Source: Adineta vaga (taxonomy: Eukaryota > Animalia > Rotifera). From it: 64,000 nt of DNA. The DNA is taken from positions 9,486,001 to 9,550,000 of the forward strand of contig CP075496.1 in the NCBI GenBank assembly GCA_021613535.1, read 5' to 3'. The notes under the pieces are model-generated. The model was not told the origin of the DNA. It did not search any database and saw nothing but the letters and a program-made list of their open reading frames with translations. Made by a program: the position numbers and the translations under genes. This document shows positions 11,839-25,446 of the stretch, piece after piece. Numbering within the stretch: the stretch's first letter is position 1; each line of letters begins with the position of its first letter.

Positions 11839-13458
11839 TTAGAAATATGTTTCTAATTCCGGTGCTATTTCTTTGTGATTATTTCCTTTTGAAATCTCTT
11901 CTCGATCATTATGTCCAACTGATGATTCTTTTGGACTTCGGATTAGACTTATATCTTCATCGGGTATCAATGTTGGATTACAAGATAATGCTCCTTTGGG
12001 TATCAATGTTGAAACAAGTACTATTGCAGAAATGATTGTCATTTGTACAGCAACTGTATATAGAAATGCTGGTCGAACAGAATCAGTTGTATCATAAACA
12101 CGATCAATATAAATTCCCAATACTGGATTTAAAATAGCATATATAATAATATATGATGAATAAAGAAATGATGCTACAGCACCTAATGCTGAAATATTCT
12201 TATGTTTAGATTCTAATCCACTTAATGATGATTGTATAAATGAATTCAATGCAATATCATCAGCAGCTGAGCCAAATCCAATTGGAATATATGTTGCGGC
12301 AATAATCCAAGCATATTTAACATTATTTGCAGGTGGATAAAAAAAAGGAATATACCAAACAAGAAGTAAGATTGATGCGTCTAATCTTGACCATGGAAGA
12401 GGAGTTTTAATAAAATTTCCAAATACAAATACAAATGCAGCACCAAGTAATTCACCAAAATTCGATGCACCAACAATAATTTGTGACCATTCCGATTGTT
12501 CAAGATAACGTTTAGCAATTTGTGGTGCGATACCATTTTCAAGATATCGATGTGCATATAATGTTAATGCATAACAACTCCATATCCAAATAAATTTTCG
12601 ATGTGTAAATATAATTTTTGCTCCAATGCAAAACGATTGGATAAAAAGAAGAAAACCTTGAACAATTGACTTGCAATAACCTGATTCGATATTATCAGCT
12701 ACAGGTGTCATTTCATCATTACCTGTATCGTCACCTACTAAGCCAACAGAACTAATAAATAACCAAACAATAGCAGCTAATGTAAACAAAATTGGAGTAA
12801 TAATAAATGAATAATTATTTCCAAGACGAGGTATTAAACCAAGACCTGTGGTGAATGCACCAGAAACACCAGCTATTTCATAAAAAATATGAACGAGTGC
12901 ATCCATTTTTTGTAATTTTTCAGGATTATCACCAACAATATCTCGTGGAATAACTCGTCGAATTAATTCAACCATACCAAATGCAATTCCTGTTATACAA
13001 TAAATTGGTATAATTCCATTTGTATTATATTTTCCATAATATCGATAATCATGTTCATCAATTTGTACAAAATCTTTTGGTTTTATATAACCACCTGTTG
13101 CTGTATCAACAATCATTAATACAGCACTAAATATCGCAAAAACAAATATTGATATTGAAAGAACAGTTCGTGTTGGCCAACGTTTTGCTAATGGTGCAAT
13201 AAGAATTGAACCAATACATTGAAATGCTTGATTAAGACCAGAAAGTAATCCAACTCGTTCAAATGTTCGAATCGTTCCATTACTATGAAATGCTTCTTGA
13301 TCATAACGATTAGCTGCTAATGTCACAATCGAACCATTAAAAGCTTCTAAACCAAACTTATACAGCATAATACCAGCAATATAAATTGCAATATTTCGTT
13401 TTTCATGAGCAGAAAACAGTTTCCATATACGAGCTATACTAGATTTCTTTGATGACAT
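11839..13458 (-). CDS. MFS-type transporter (about 12 TM), single coding exon, candidate horizontally acquired gene
   Basis: 539-aa uninterrupted ORF with about 12 hydrophobic segments and an MFS-like loop (IGSILIAPLAKRWPTR). N-terminal NIAIYIAGIMLYKFGLEAFNGSI resembles a fungal MFS family, from memory only. Confidence 0.8.
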   Translation of the reverse strand: MSSKKSSIARIWKLFSAHEKRNIAIYIAGIMLYKFGLEAFNGSIVTLAANRYDQEAFHSNGTIRTFERVGLLSGLNQAFQCIGSILIAPLAKRWPTRTVLSISIFVFAIFSAVLMIVDTATGGYIKPKDFVQIDEHDYRYYGKYNTNGIIPIYCITGIAFGMVELIRRVIPRDIVGDNPEKLQKMDALVHIFYEIAGVSGAFTTGLGLIPRLGNNYSFIITPILFTLAAIVWLFISSVGLVGDDTGNDEMTPVADNIESGYCKSIVQGFLLFIQSFCIGAKIIFTHRKFIWIWSCYALTLYAHRYLENGIAPQIAKRYLEQSEWSQIIVGASNFGELLGAAFVFVFGNFIKTPLPWSRLDASILLLVWYIPFFYPPANNVKYAWIIAATYIPIGFGSAADDIALNSFIQSSLSGLESKHKNISALGAVASFLYSSYIIIYAILNPVLGIYIDRVYDTTDSVRPAFLYTVAVQMTIISAIVLVSTLIPKGALSCNPTLIPDEDISLIRSPKESSVGHNDREEISKGNNHKEIAPELETYF

Positions 13459-14853
13459 AGTTAACGATCTAAAACGAACAGAAAATTTTTTTATAAATCA
13501 AAACAAGAATCAATAAAGACAATTTGTTGTTTTGTAACGAAAGATATATTTATTCGTTGTGGATTTTTTTTTGATTATATTTATCTGCTTTTATATATAC
13601 ATATAGAAGACCACTAAATACTCTAATTAAATCTTAATATTAAAACGATAATAACGAAAATAGAATAAAATGAAAAGAACGAAGCAAACAAGTCTCATTG
13701 AACTCAATAACTGTCATGAAAAGAAATCAATTATTTATACAAAGCAAAGAGTACATTTCGACACATGTTTTTCATAGTCTCGCATGAAATAGGGAGAATA
13801 TTTCATATATATATAATCTAAAAGCCACGCCTATATTGATAAAATATCATCTGAATACAAATCTGTGGACAAAGAAAAAAAAAGATTCATAGATTAACTG
13901 AGTAGTAAGTACTGACGTCACATATGTCGACGAAAGAAAATTCATTCGAAATACGTGATATAGTACTTACAACGATAATGTCAACGAAAACGATTGCTTT
14001 TTTTAAATTATATAAATACCTTTGGAATGAATCATTTGAAGAAAACTAATAAAGAAATCTTCACGTATCTATAAATAGGAACCCTTGATTATGCTTTCTA
14101 TTTTTAACTGTATGAATAAGAATCGTTATCTAAGAAGAACAAGACATGATAATTGACCTTTTCTTCTTCTTCTTCTGCTTTGTTTGCACTTAATGATTAA
14201 ACTGGCGAAAAGTCAGCTGAACGAAAAGAAAATGTTTTTTTCTTTCTTCTCTCTCATACAATACATTATTTCACCTGTTTTTTGATTGAATATCAGCAAA
14301 AAGAACCAACAACTGAATTGAAATTTTTCATCATACTGAGTTCTATTTTTGTTAAACAGAAAAAACAATTCTTTCAATTAGTTATCTATTGCTCTATAGA
14401 CGACTGTCATAAAATAAATTTACTTCGTGTGTTTTTTTATTCAATACTGTTCTCTTACTCACTTTCTTTCGTCACGCAAATAAGAATGGCATATATATAT
14501 ATACTCATTTACTTGCTCTCTATTCTGTACTTTCATGCGTTCTTTCACCTTTTTCATATGAATGGCACAGTTACGTGATGAAATTATTATCTGTATTGAT
14601 AACATTCAATTGTTATACCTAGATATGATTATATACACATTTGTTAATCTTTTTAATCTATATATATGAATTGCATCCAGTTCCAAAGATATCTTTGATG
14701 AATATTTTTCTAAGAATCAATTGATTCTACATCAGTTTTTTATCGAATATTTATTGTTTGAAATAATTTTATTGAAAAACAAAGCAATTTTTTAAAGCAA
14801 AAGTGGAAATACAAAGATTTAGTCTTTTCGTCAATGATGATTTTTCGAATATA

Positions 14854-15594
14854 TTATTGAATAAATAATGTTATTACAGCACCGACAAGATTGATTATAA
14901 GCCCAATGATTGCTATAATTGATGCTAGACCAAAAGAATGACTGCTGCTTCCTTCAAGTGTAGTAGCTGGAATGCTAACTGAAACACCGATGATACTCAT
15001 TACCAAACAAAGAAAAGCAAGAACTTTTATGATTAAAAGTATCTTTTCATTCGTAACTTTGCTTGCAAATTTGTAGAGAAGAAATGCAGCACAAATGGCA
15101 GAAATAATACAAGTTAATGTAATAAAAGCTCTGGCTGCTAGTATTTTAGCACATAAATTTGTTTTGTCAGTTTTTGATGGACAAGATATATTGCCACATA
15201 CGCGTCCTGATGGCTATGTAACACACATTTGCCAGAGGCCCACATCAGATTGTAGACCACCTAAGTATTCATTTTGTGACCTACAGGAAAAAATTCTTAT
15301 CAGCTTCTTATAGTCACTTCATCATTCAATATGATACGAGATAATTAATCAAGTACCTGACCTATCCTTGCTCTTCCATTTTCATAATCTCTAAGTGCAA
15401 CATGCTGCTTGAAAGAAGAGCAGCTACCTTCTCATTGTTCGTAGCTGATATGTGACTATCTAATTTTTAATACGAATCAACATTAAAGAAATCGCATACC
15501 AAGATCGAAGAGCATTGCTAGTGATAAAGATTGCACATGTGATGCCAAACAAACTTGCAGCAATAGTTGTCAACAATTGTGAATTGATAACCAT
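14854..15594 (-). pseudogene. Claudin/PMP22-EMP-like tetraspan membrane protein with an in-frame TAG
   Basis: Not in the ORF track. Exon 1 (ATG 15594) is hydrophobic. Exon 2 gives W..GLWQMCVT*PSGRVCGNISC..CAKILAARAFITL (W-GLW-C-C signature) and three more TMs to TAA at 14854. The premature TAG is at 15214-15216. Confidence 0.7.
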
Positions 15595-15777
15595 CTTGAT
15601 TTTCTTTAGAAAATTAATTATAGATCGACAAATGAATTTTTCAAATATGAATTAAATATATTAGATCAAAATATATCAGTACGTTTCTTTACAAAATGAA
15701 AATATGAACATTTTTTACGCGGTGAATTAAATGCGCAGAAACAGATTCATTATATAGCAGTGATATTTTTCAATTTA

Positions 15778-18700
15778 TTAGTTATTCAATTGTATAGAAA
15801 GCTGTTCTATTTTATCTTCCAAATTCATTAATCCAACGATCGTCGTCGATTCACTCTCTTTATCGATAACGAGTGCTCGTTTATAATAGTTCATCGCTAT
15901 TTGTAATTCGCCAAGATCTGCATAACAGTCGCCAATTTTTTCTAAATTTCTAGCAAGATCGTTTTCACCTGGTGATAAATATTTTTCACGTATCAAATAA
16001 CGTTTCATTTCATACGTTAGAGATGACTCAAATTGACTAAGTTCTCGATGAACAAGACTAAGAAAAGAGAGAATAACATCGATAGATGAGTGATCATCCG
16101 AGAGACTAGTTTCGCAAATCATTAAGCATTGCTCAAGATGTTCAATCGTATTTCCATATAATTGCTGGCGATGCCAGCTTCGTGCAATTGCCTCTAGACA
16201 CTCAAGGAGTAAACGACAATTTAAAGGATTTAATTTTTTCAATAGAATAACTGCTCGAGAATAATGATTAATCGCTTCAGCATAATTACGTTGTCCAATT
16301 TGAAAGTAACCGAGCATCATTAAACTATCGATAATAACTGCATGAGAATTTGGAAGATATTCTTCTCGAACTGCTATTGATCGAAGTTCAAATTGAATTG
16401 CTTCATCATACTTATTTAAAGCTATTAGTACATGGCCGATATTAGTAAGACAAGTAGCAACGTCTATATAATTGACCGGAGAGATTTTTTCGTGAATTGC
16501 TAATTCATGTTGAAGCATATCAAGACATCTATCGAAATTTTTGAGATTGTATAAAACAGGTATGATGCTATTAAGAGTTGAAGTAATTTGAATATGATCA
16601 GATGGATATATCTCTTCCAGAATAGCTAATTCTTTTTCATAATACTTGCATGCTTCTTCATATTTTTCAAGTTTATTTAAATTATTGCCAATAATACGCA
16701 GACAATGAGTTATACCGATATGTTGTTTCGAAAGATCTGTTTCATAAAGTGTCAAGACTTGTTGATATAAATGAATCGATTCATCGTACTTTCCTTGTAG
16801 ATATCGTATGTTACCTAAAGCAGTATATTTAGAAATAATAATTTCGAGATCGGAAGGTAGATATGTTTCTAGAATATTCAATGCTCGTTGCTGAAAATCA
16901 AATGCGCTATCATAATCTTGTTGTTCGAGAAAGATATTAGAAATATTGCTAAGAATCGTAACAGTCGACGTGTAATTGATTCCATGGTCTTCCTCTCGGA
17001 TTGTCAATGCCTGTTGAAAGTATGATAGAGCTTCGGTAAGCTTATCTTGTTCATATAATACAGCGCCTATATAATTAAGAGTTTTGGCTTTTAGAATAGT
17101 ATTAGTGGATGAAATATATTTTTCTTCAATTGCTAAAGCTTGTAGATGACACTTTAGAGCTTCATCATATCTGTTCAATCTAGCAAGTGTATAACCAATA
17201 CTATCGAGATTAATACAACTGTGAATATGATCAGTTGGATAATATTTCTCATAAATAATCATCGCTCGTTGATAAAAATCTAATGCTTGCTCATAATTTT
17301 CTTGATAAAATAATGTCTCACCAATATGAGTAAATGTATGTGCAATAATGACATTATCAGATGGATAAGTTTTCTCTCGTATCGCTAGAGCTCGTTTCTG
17401 TGAATCAAGCGCTTCATTATATTTACCTTGTCCATTTCGAGCAGAACCAATTAAAATAAAATTCGATGCTATTTGAGGATGATCAGTTGGATAAATATCT
17501 TCATTGATACGTAGTGCTCGTTGATGAAAATCTAAAGCTCGATCATAGTCTCCTTGTTTACATAGAATATCTCCAATAATATTCAAATTAAGAGCAATTT
17601 TTTGTTGATTCAAAGGACACATCTCTTCTTGGATGTCTAATGCTTGCCGGTAATAATCAATGGACTGCTCATATTTATTTTGGTACTTAAATACATCACC
17701 AATATATTCAAGAGTTAAAATGATATCCGAATGACAAAGTGGAATGGATTTTCTTTGAATGATCAGTGCGTTTTGATAAAATTCGATGGCTTTATTGAAT
17801 TCGTTTTTATTTTTTAATGCATAAGCAATATGATTGAGAGTGTTCGCAATATTGATATGCTCTGCTGACAAAGAATTTTGTTGAATTATTAAAGCGCGTT
17901 GATAAAAAACTAAAGCATCGTCAAATTTTTCTTGACCAATTGAAATATGACCGATTTGATGAAGAACTAAAACTATTTCTATATGATCAGGTGAATAATA
18001 TTTTTCAAGTATCCTTAGAGCTTCATTGCTAATAGCAAGTGCTTCATTATGTTTGTTTTGACATCGTAGCGCATTTCCAATATCAATAAGAACACTCGCA
18101 ATGTGAGCACCACAAGATGGATGATATTTTTCTAACAACATTCGTGCTTGATAATATATTTCTAAAGCTTCATCATACATTTCTTCAGTACATCTAATAG
18201 TTCCAATAACGCTCAACAGATTTACAATATCCATGTAATTAGATGAATGTAGTTGTTTTACGATTGCTAATACTCGTTGATACATATTGATAGATTCTGT
18301 AAGTTTACCTTGTCGAGAAAGAACATGACTCATACCATGAAGTATATAAGCAATGTAATAACGATTCGATTGATAATACTTTTGACAGATAGATATTGCT
18401 CGCTGTTGATAATCAAAAATAGTATCATAATTTTCTTCATTAAGTACCCAAAGCGCAATTTTGTCTAAACTCTTGGCAATATCAATATGATCATGATGAT
18501 AATAGTTTTTGCGAATGGTAAATGCTTGTTCAAATAATATATGAGCAGTATCTCTTTCTTGTTTTTGAATATAACAAACTGCTATGTTTTCCAAACTATC
18601 GGCAATAGATGGATGGTTTGAAGGATAGAATGTTTCTCGAATAGTCAATGCTCGTTGATGAAAAGACAAAACTTCATCATACTTTTCTGCATACATAAAA

Positions 18701-20060
18701 GATCACCAATATCGGAAAGAATAACAGCAGATTCTTTGCTACGAACTGAATCAGATTTCATCATTCGATCATAAGCTTGGTCATAAAATTTTCGTGCACA
18801 GTCCCATTCTCCTTTGCAATAGAATGTTTGACCAATCGAATGTTCAATCCATGGTAAATCGTCGTTCGATGAATAATTGAATAAATATTGAAGATATATT
18901 TGTGATTGATTCCATTCATTCATATCAATCATCAATTTACCAAAAATGATTGGAATACTGAGAGTTTCGTTTTGTCGAAGTGTATCAGTAATGTATTTTT
19001 TTGTAACCATGATTCCATCATTTACTGTAATTAATTTAACTCTCCACGTTTGTTCAATTTGTTGAATATCATCTAGTTTAAATGTCGTATTTATATCGAA
19101 TAAAATCTTATTTTCATTTGAGTGAGTGATATGTGCAAAAATAGGATCATCGATATTATATTTAATTTCAAAAATAATATCATCTGTCGAAGATGGTAGT
19201 GAATGATGTTGATTTGCTAATAGAAATCCTTTGAATAACACGAGTTTCCCTTGATTATTCCTTAAATGATTCAATTCGCTTGAAGATAATTTCATTCGTC
19301 GATAAACAGTTAAATTTTCTTTTAATTCCGATTGGACAATTTGTCGATGTTCAATATTCAAAGTATCGATGAGATGACTAAGAAAATATCGTAGATGATA
19401 GAGATGATTCATATCTTTTCTTTGTAATGCATTTTGAATTATTCTTTGATGAAACGAAGAATTTAGATACGATTGAAGAATATTATCCGACGAATACTCT
19501 TTGGAATTTTCTTCAGAAAAATGATGAAAGAAATTAATCATGTCTTGTTTAGCTTGTTCATCGCGTGGAAAATGACGAATGACTTGATGAAAAAGATGTA
19601 TCCAAAGAAAATCATTTGCTTGCCTGGATAAATTTCGTGTTAAATAGTTTTCTTGATCATAAACACTCCATTGATGTTGTTCTTCATCGAATAAATCAAT
19701 TTGTTCTTTAATTATTGAACATAATATATCAAATTGATGATAAATACCGATGATATTCAATTGTTCATGATAGAAATATTTATATTCATCTTTATTTGAA
19801 TAAAAAATAAAGATGAAATCTACTCGCTGGAATATATCAACAAGAGAAATAATTTCCGAAACAAAACAATTTGACACAATAAAGAATATTTTTTTGGTTT
19901 CGATTGATTTAATAAATACAGCACAAACTTCTACATCTGTATAATAAACAATTGAATCATTTATTTGATCTAATTGTTTTTGAAAATCTTCGATTTGATC
20001 ATTTGAATAAAGACAAATGAGAATTTTCTCGTTCGTATCATTGAATGATAGTAACTCCAT
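15778..20060 (-). pseudogene. Degenerate ADP-ribosyltransferase-like domain plus about 23-25 42-residue TPR repeats; 1-nt frameshift at ~18685
   Basis: ORF 18645-20060 has LTVYRR..L..NQGKLVLFKGFL..IIFEI..ENKILF (ART-like, with STS and ExE lost) and starts the TPRs. ORF 15778-18696 continues the same TPR array in another frame (CAG-AAA-AG-TAT-GAT). Confidence 0.75.
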
Positions 20061-20802
20061 AATATAATGAACTGACGTGTGATTTACGGATAATATTACG
20101 ATTGACTTTATTTATAATGACACATATACGACAAAAATTATTCGTTTTTTTTCAAAACAAATAAAAAGCAAAAAAGGAAAATATGTTACATTATTGATAG
20201 ATGGCTTTTACCATGTATGATATCCATCGATTTGTTCAAGCGTAAAAAACACGTTTGCAGTCACTACAGACACATAAATTTGCATTGTAATAAACGATTC
20301 AACAGCGAACGCAAGTATAGATGCATTTGATTCGTAAATAACATGGAAAGAAATCTAATCTAATTCAATCAATATGGATGGAAGTAGGATCCACCTATGA
20401 CTATCTTCGAAAACGAATTGTATTTTATAGTTTTATCATTTGAAAAGTTCTCGTGATCAAGATATAAATTTCGACAGATACATCTTAAAAATATTTCAAT
20501 TTTTTCTTGATCCTATATTTACACAGTCGCTTCCGTATTTGTGATTTAATATTAACGGGAATCGATCACGTTCTTTAAACTTAATTATTTACCAGTCAAT
20601 AAATTTATTGTTTTGTATCTTGAAGACACACAATGTGTAGACTAAAATCGAAACAAATACTGAACATATCAAGCAAGAAAAAATGAAAGAGAAATGTAAA
20701 GAAAGATGCGAAGAAATTTAAAAAAACATGTCCTACTTTTCCGCTTGTATTACAATCGATTATTATTCTAAGGAAATTTGCAGGCTAACACATATTGACA
20801 GA

Positions 20803-23800
20803 ATGTATTACAGGATGATACAATATAATTTCAAAATATCTTTATCTATCTTGATGCTCATCAGCTGTACAGCAAGTAAGTGTTGGCGAGTATGAATTAT
20901 TCTTAGAGATGATTTTTAGTATACTTTATTATTAATTGAGAATCGAATTAGAATTGCATTTTTACTTCTAAGATCAATAATTTGCGAAATATTTTTCAGC
21001 ACATCAGACAATTGCTAGTATAATACATATTTGTGTTTTCAGTGGAAATTGATTCATTAACTAAAGCTACTTGGGACCAAAATGGTATTACCGTTGCTGG
21101 TTCGTTTAATGGAACAGCTGGATCAAGTATCGCTGAACTTAATAAACCTTTTGGAATATCAATCAGCAACGACGATGTTCGCTTTATGTTAGTGATGAAA
21201 ACAATTATCGTATCGTTATTGTTCATCTTGATGCTACTGATAACAACTCTGTGATTGGTTCTGGATCAGGCTCTAATATTAATCAATTCGATGGACCACG
21301 CGATATTTTTCTTTCCAATATATAACTCTATGCCATTGATAACAACAATCAACGTGTAAAAATAATAAGATTGAATGATTCAAATACAACTACAACATTT
21401 ACTTCATCTTTATCAAGCTCACCGATGTACATCCATGTTGATCGTGCCGATAACATATATATCAGTGATATAAATAAACATATTGTGGTGCGTTTAAGTT
21501 CAAATTTGACAAATGGAGTCGTCATTGCTGGAAATAGTACAAGTGGCTCTCGTGATTATCAGCTCTCTAAACCATATGGAATATTTGTCACAGATAATGG
21601 AACGCTTTATGTTGCAGATCGACAGAACAACCGAATTATGAAATGGTCGTCTGGTGCCTCAACTGGCATCCGTGTGGCTGGTAGTGGGACACGTGGTAGC
21701 AGTCTATCACAACTCTCTCTGCCCGCAGATATTATTGTTGATGCAAATGAATACATGTATATATGTGATACTGGCAATTCGAGAATAATTCGTTGGGGTC
21801 CAAATGCGAGTTTTGGTACGTGTATTGTTGCTTGTACAGGATCGGACGGAGTTACATCAACACAATTAAATTGGCCTAATTCATTTACGTTTGACAGAAA
21901 TGGTTCACTGTATGTTGCTGATTATGACAATAATCGAGTTCAAAAATTTCAAATTCTCAATTATCCAAGTAAGTCTCAAAACAACTGATCTCAATAGCAT
22001 CTGACAGTATCATGCTTACTTAGGAAAGAGAATCAATTAAATTAGATAAAGATTATCTTTGAGAAATTTTATTCGTCATATATCGTAATTACATTTATAA
22101 TGTGTTTTTTCTCTCTCAATATTCATTTCAAACAGATCTCAAAAATTGGAGATCTCATCCAATAGATCATAATAGTATAAATGCGTTAAGGGAAATGTTT
22201 TATGTAAGATATTTACTTGTTATTTATAATTATTTTCACATTAAGATTCATATAATCGACCTAACATCAATTCTAATGCAACATGGAGTGATTGTGGAAT
22301 CACTTTTGCAAATCAGAATATTATTGGTGCGAAACCTCGTGGTATTTTTATCGATTCCAATGATACAATCTATGCAATTAATAATAATGCAGGCGATCAA
22401 ATACTAGTATGGTCTAAAACAAATTACAGTCTCATCAGCAGTATCAATGATTCCTTGTTTATGTATGCAACTCCATTTGTGACGACAGATGGTGATATTT
22501 ATTTCAACAGTGGCAATGATAATGACGGTCAAATAAAAAAATGGTCAAAAAGTTTAATGATTAGTAAATCAGTAGTCAACTTTTCAGCAAACTGTTATGG
22601 GTTATTTATGGATGTTAAAAAGAATCTTTATTGTTCCATTCAACAGCGAAATGCAGTTGTTAAAGTTTCGCTTAACAACAACATCAATACGATAATTACC
22701 ATAGCGGGAAAGAGTGGCTCTCCTGGTTCAGGATTAAATCAATTTAATAAATCATGGGGAATATATGTTGATATTTATTTTAATTTGTATGTGGCTGACG
22801 CGAATAATAACAGAATCCTACGTTTTCAACCGGAGCAAGAATTTGGAGAAATCGTAGCAGGAAATGGTACTCCAAATGGTTTACACATAAGGTTTCCAAC
22901 AGATGTGATACTAGACGAAAATAACTTCCTATACATAGCGGACAACGGTCAACATCGCATTGTTCGAGTAGATGAAAATCAATTTAAATGTACAGTTGGT
23001 TGCACCGGCAGCAGTGGATCAGTATCCAATCAACTCTATAAACCGTACGCTCTTCGTTTTGATAGTATTGGTAATTTATATATTACTGATGAATTTAATG
23101 ATCGTATTCAAAAGTTTAGTCTTTCAATAAATTCATGCGGTGAGTATACATTTTCAATAACTAAATCAGATATAGAATTTTATCGTTTTATTCAATACCA
23201 GACATTAAGATATTACCGGTAAAAGGATTCGACGTTTCTTTTTAGAAGTTGAGATATCAACGACTGCCTCGACTAGATATACAACAGCCGTACAATCATC
23301 ATCATCATCGTCTACACAGCAAAGTAATTCATATGTATAAAATAATATAAAACTATTTGGTTTCGTTAGCTATTTCTAACTCATCAGTAATAACAACTCC
23401 AAATACATTTGCAATCTCAACGGTAAAATCGCGTAAGTATTTCATCTTATTTCAGTTCGAAAACGATAACTATTTATAAGTGAAAATGAATTTCCTCGAC
23501 ATTCTATATAGTTCTCTCTTCATCAATATTGTTTACTCCATCGTCATGCTTGAATACAACGAACATTGGCATCTATTGTAATTCGTCTGGTACTCTCTGT
23601 CATTTGATCAATCCCTGTCGAAAGAATGAGACATGTATTGATATCAACAATAATCAAGATTACAATTGCTCATGTTTACCTGGTTTTAGTGGAAAACAAT
23701 GTCAATTCGATCATCGATTCTGTAAAGAGGACACTTGCTTGAATGGTGGTAAGCAATATCATTCTCATTTGTTGTAAGATCGGGAATAAAGTATGAATTT

Positions 23801-24241
23801 GTAGGTCGTTGTAATGGAACATCTTACTGTCGATGTGCATCCGGTTGGGAAGGTTCACGATGTGAACAAAGAATTGGTTTATGTGCAAATGTAACATGTT
23901 ATAACAACGGTGTTTGTCGTTCATATCATCTTAATTACACTTGCCTTTGCCTTGCTGGAAGTTTCTTTGGTCAACATTGTGAATTCATTACTAGCAAAAC
24001 GAATATTTTTAAATTGGCAGCAAAATCATTTGCTTATATTGCTATTATTGCAATGATAACTTTCGCAATGTTTGTAATTGTAATGGATATATTAAAGTAT
24101 TGCTTTGGCATTGATCTCACTTGTAACGAAATCGAACAAATGCGACCAGCAAAACCATTGAAACGATGCAAACCAGTTATTCAACACTTTGTATATATTA
24201 ATGCAACGTCAAAATCTGAACAAACAATCGAAACTATGTAG
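20803..24241 (+). pseudogene. Signal peptide, two NHL beta-propellers, S/T stalk, EGF repeats and TM; frameshift ~21181 and in-frame TAA 21323-21325
   Basis: NHL motifs (PYGIFV..LYVADRQNNRIMKW; FDRNGSLYVADYDNNRVQKF), EGF cysteine pattern (CSCLPGFSGKQC), TM SFAYIAIIAMITFAMFVIVMDILKYCFGID. Exons are joined by GT-AG introns and both lesions lie in exon 2. Confidence 0.75.
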
Positions 24242-25446
24242 ACTTTTAATCTTGTATTTTAATATAATTAAAATCATTTTATCATGAGTTGGAAAACTAT
24301 AGTTAATGAGATCAAAGTTCACATGCAGTGTGATTGACAATAAAATAAAAGCAGAAACATATTCTAGATGATTGTCATTGATCTTCAATTTTAAAAGACA
24401 TATATGTAATTTAAATAATATTATAAAACCTTCGTCGTCGACGCACCATTGACGTCAATGATTGTCAACGATGATAATTGATACTATATGCTTTTTTTTT
24501 ATTGATTGAAATATTTTATCAGAAGACACGTTCCATGTCATAAGCGATTGTCATGCTCGATTTCTACGTCATACAAAAGAGATCTAGGAAAAGTACAGAC
24601 ACTGAGAAAAACATCGACATGTTTTATTAAATCAAATTCTACTTATCATAAAATATCCATTTCATGAAGTGATCACTCGCCAATGTTTTTGAAAAATGCA
24701 ACTGTCTCATCTTTATTTATCCTCATGACTATCAATGGAATACTGGGTAAATGTGGGAGTTGGATGACTGTACCGAATCATTTGATTATGAAATGAGTTC
24801 ATATTGAATAGAGTTCAATGTGATAATAGAAGCTTGAGAGATAAATACGAACCAAAATGGTCTGTTAACGCTTGTTTCTCTCAAGTGAACTATTACTCAA
24901 CGATTTGTTTATGTTGATGCACCACCAGCACCACCCTCATCATCAGAAACTGCCGTTTAAATAAACATCTGCTGATGCTGCTGCTCTTTCTTTGCTTTAG
25001 CTTTGAAGTATAATCATGTAAAAGATTTGTCACTGAAATTAGTTGCAAATCCTCAGTACACGAAATCACTCCATGTATGACATAACTTCTGATTGTTTTT
25101 TCATTAAGACTGTTGCTTTGATGTTCATAAATATCGCTTATTGCCATTGTTCTCATCAGTGTGAATATACTCTATTGATGTATGGTCAAATTCGATCGAT
25201 GTACAAATATCTTGAGTATCACAGTATAAATATCCATTGATAACTTGATGAATTGATCGTGAAAAAAAACAATAAATACGACATAGAATTTTCAAAAATT
25301 CATATAAGACATGTACGCCATCTTTCAATAAAATTGAAAGAAATCTTATCCGTTCGATTTGACTTGCACAGCAGCCAGTATTGACAGAACAAAATTGATC
25401 AGGTGATAATCATATTGTGTTGTTGGTAAATATCCTTGATTCTCCC

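Noticed and set aside
18670-18700. Programmed ribosomal frameshift between the ART-like and TPR ORFs
   Set aside because: No X XXY YYZ slippery heptamer or evident downstream structure; a 1-nt deletion inside a TPR repeat is simpler.
24893-25328. Minus-strand ORFs upstream of LZTFL1 with a GC-richer patch (..DDEGGAGGAST)
   Set aside because: No consistent spliced frame or recognisable domain; possibly a gene remnant, but I cannot support it.
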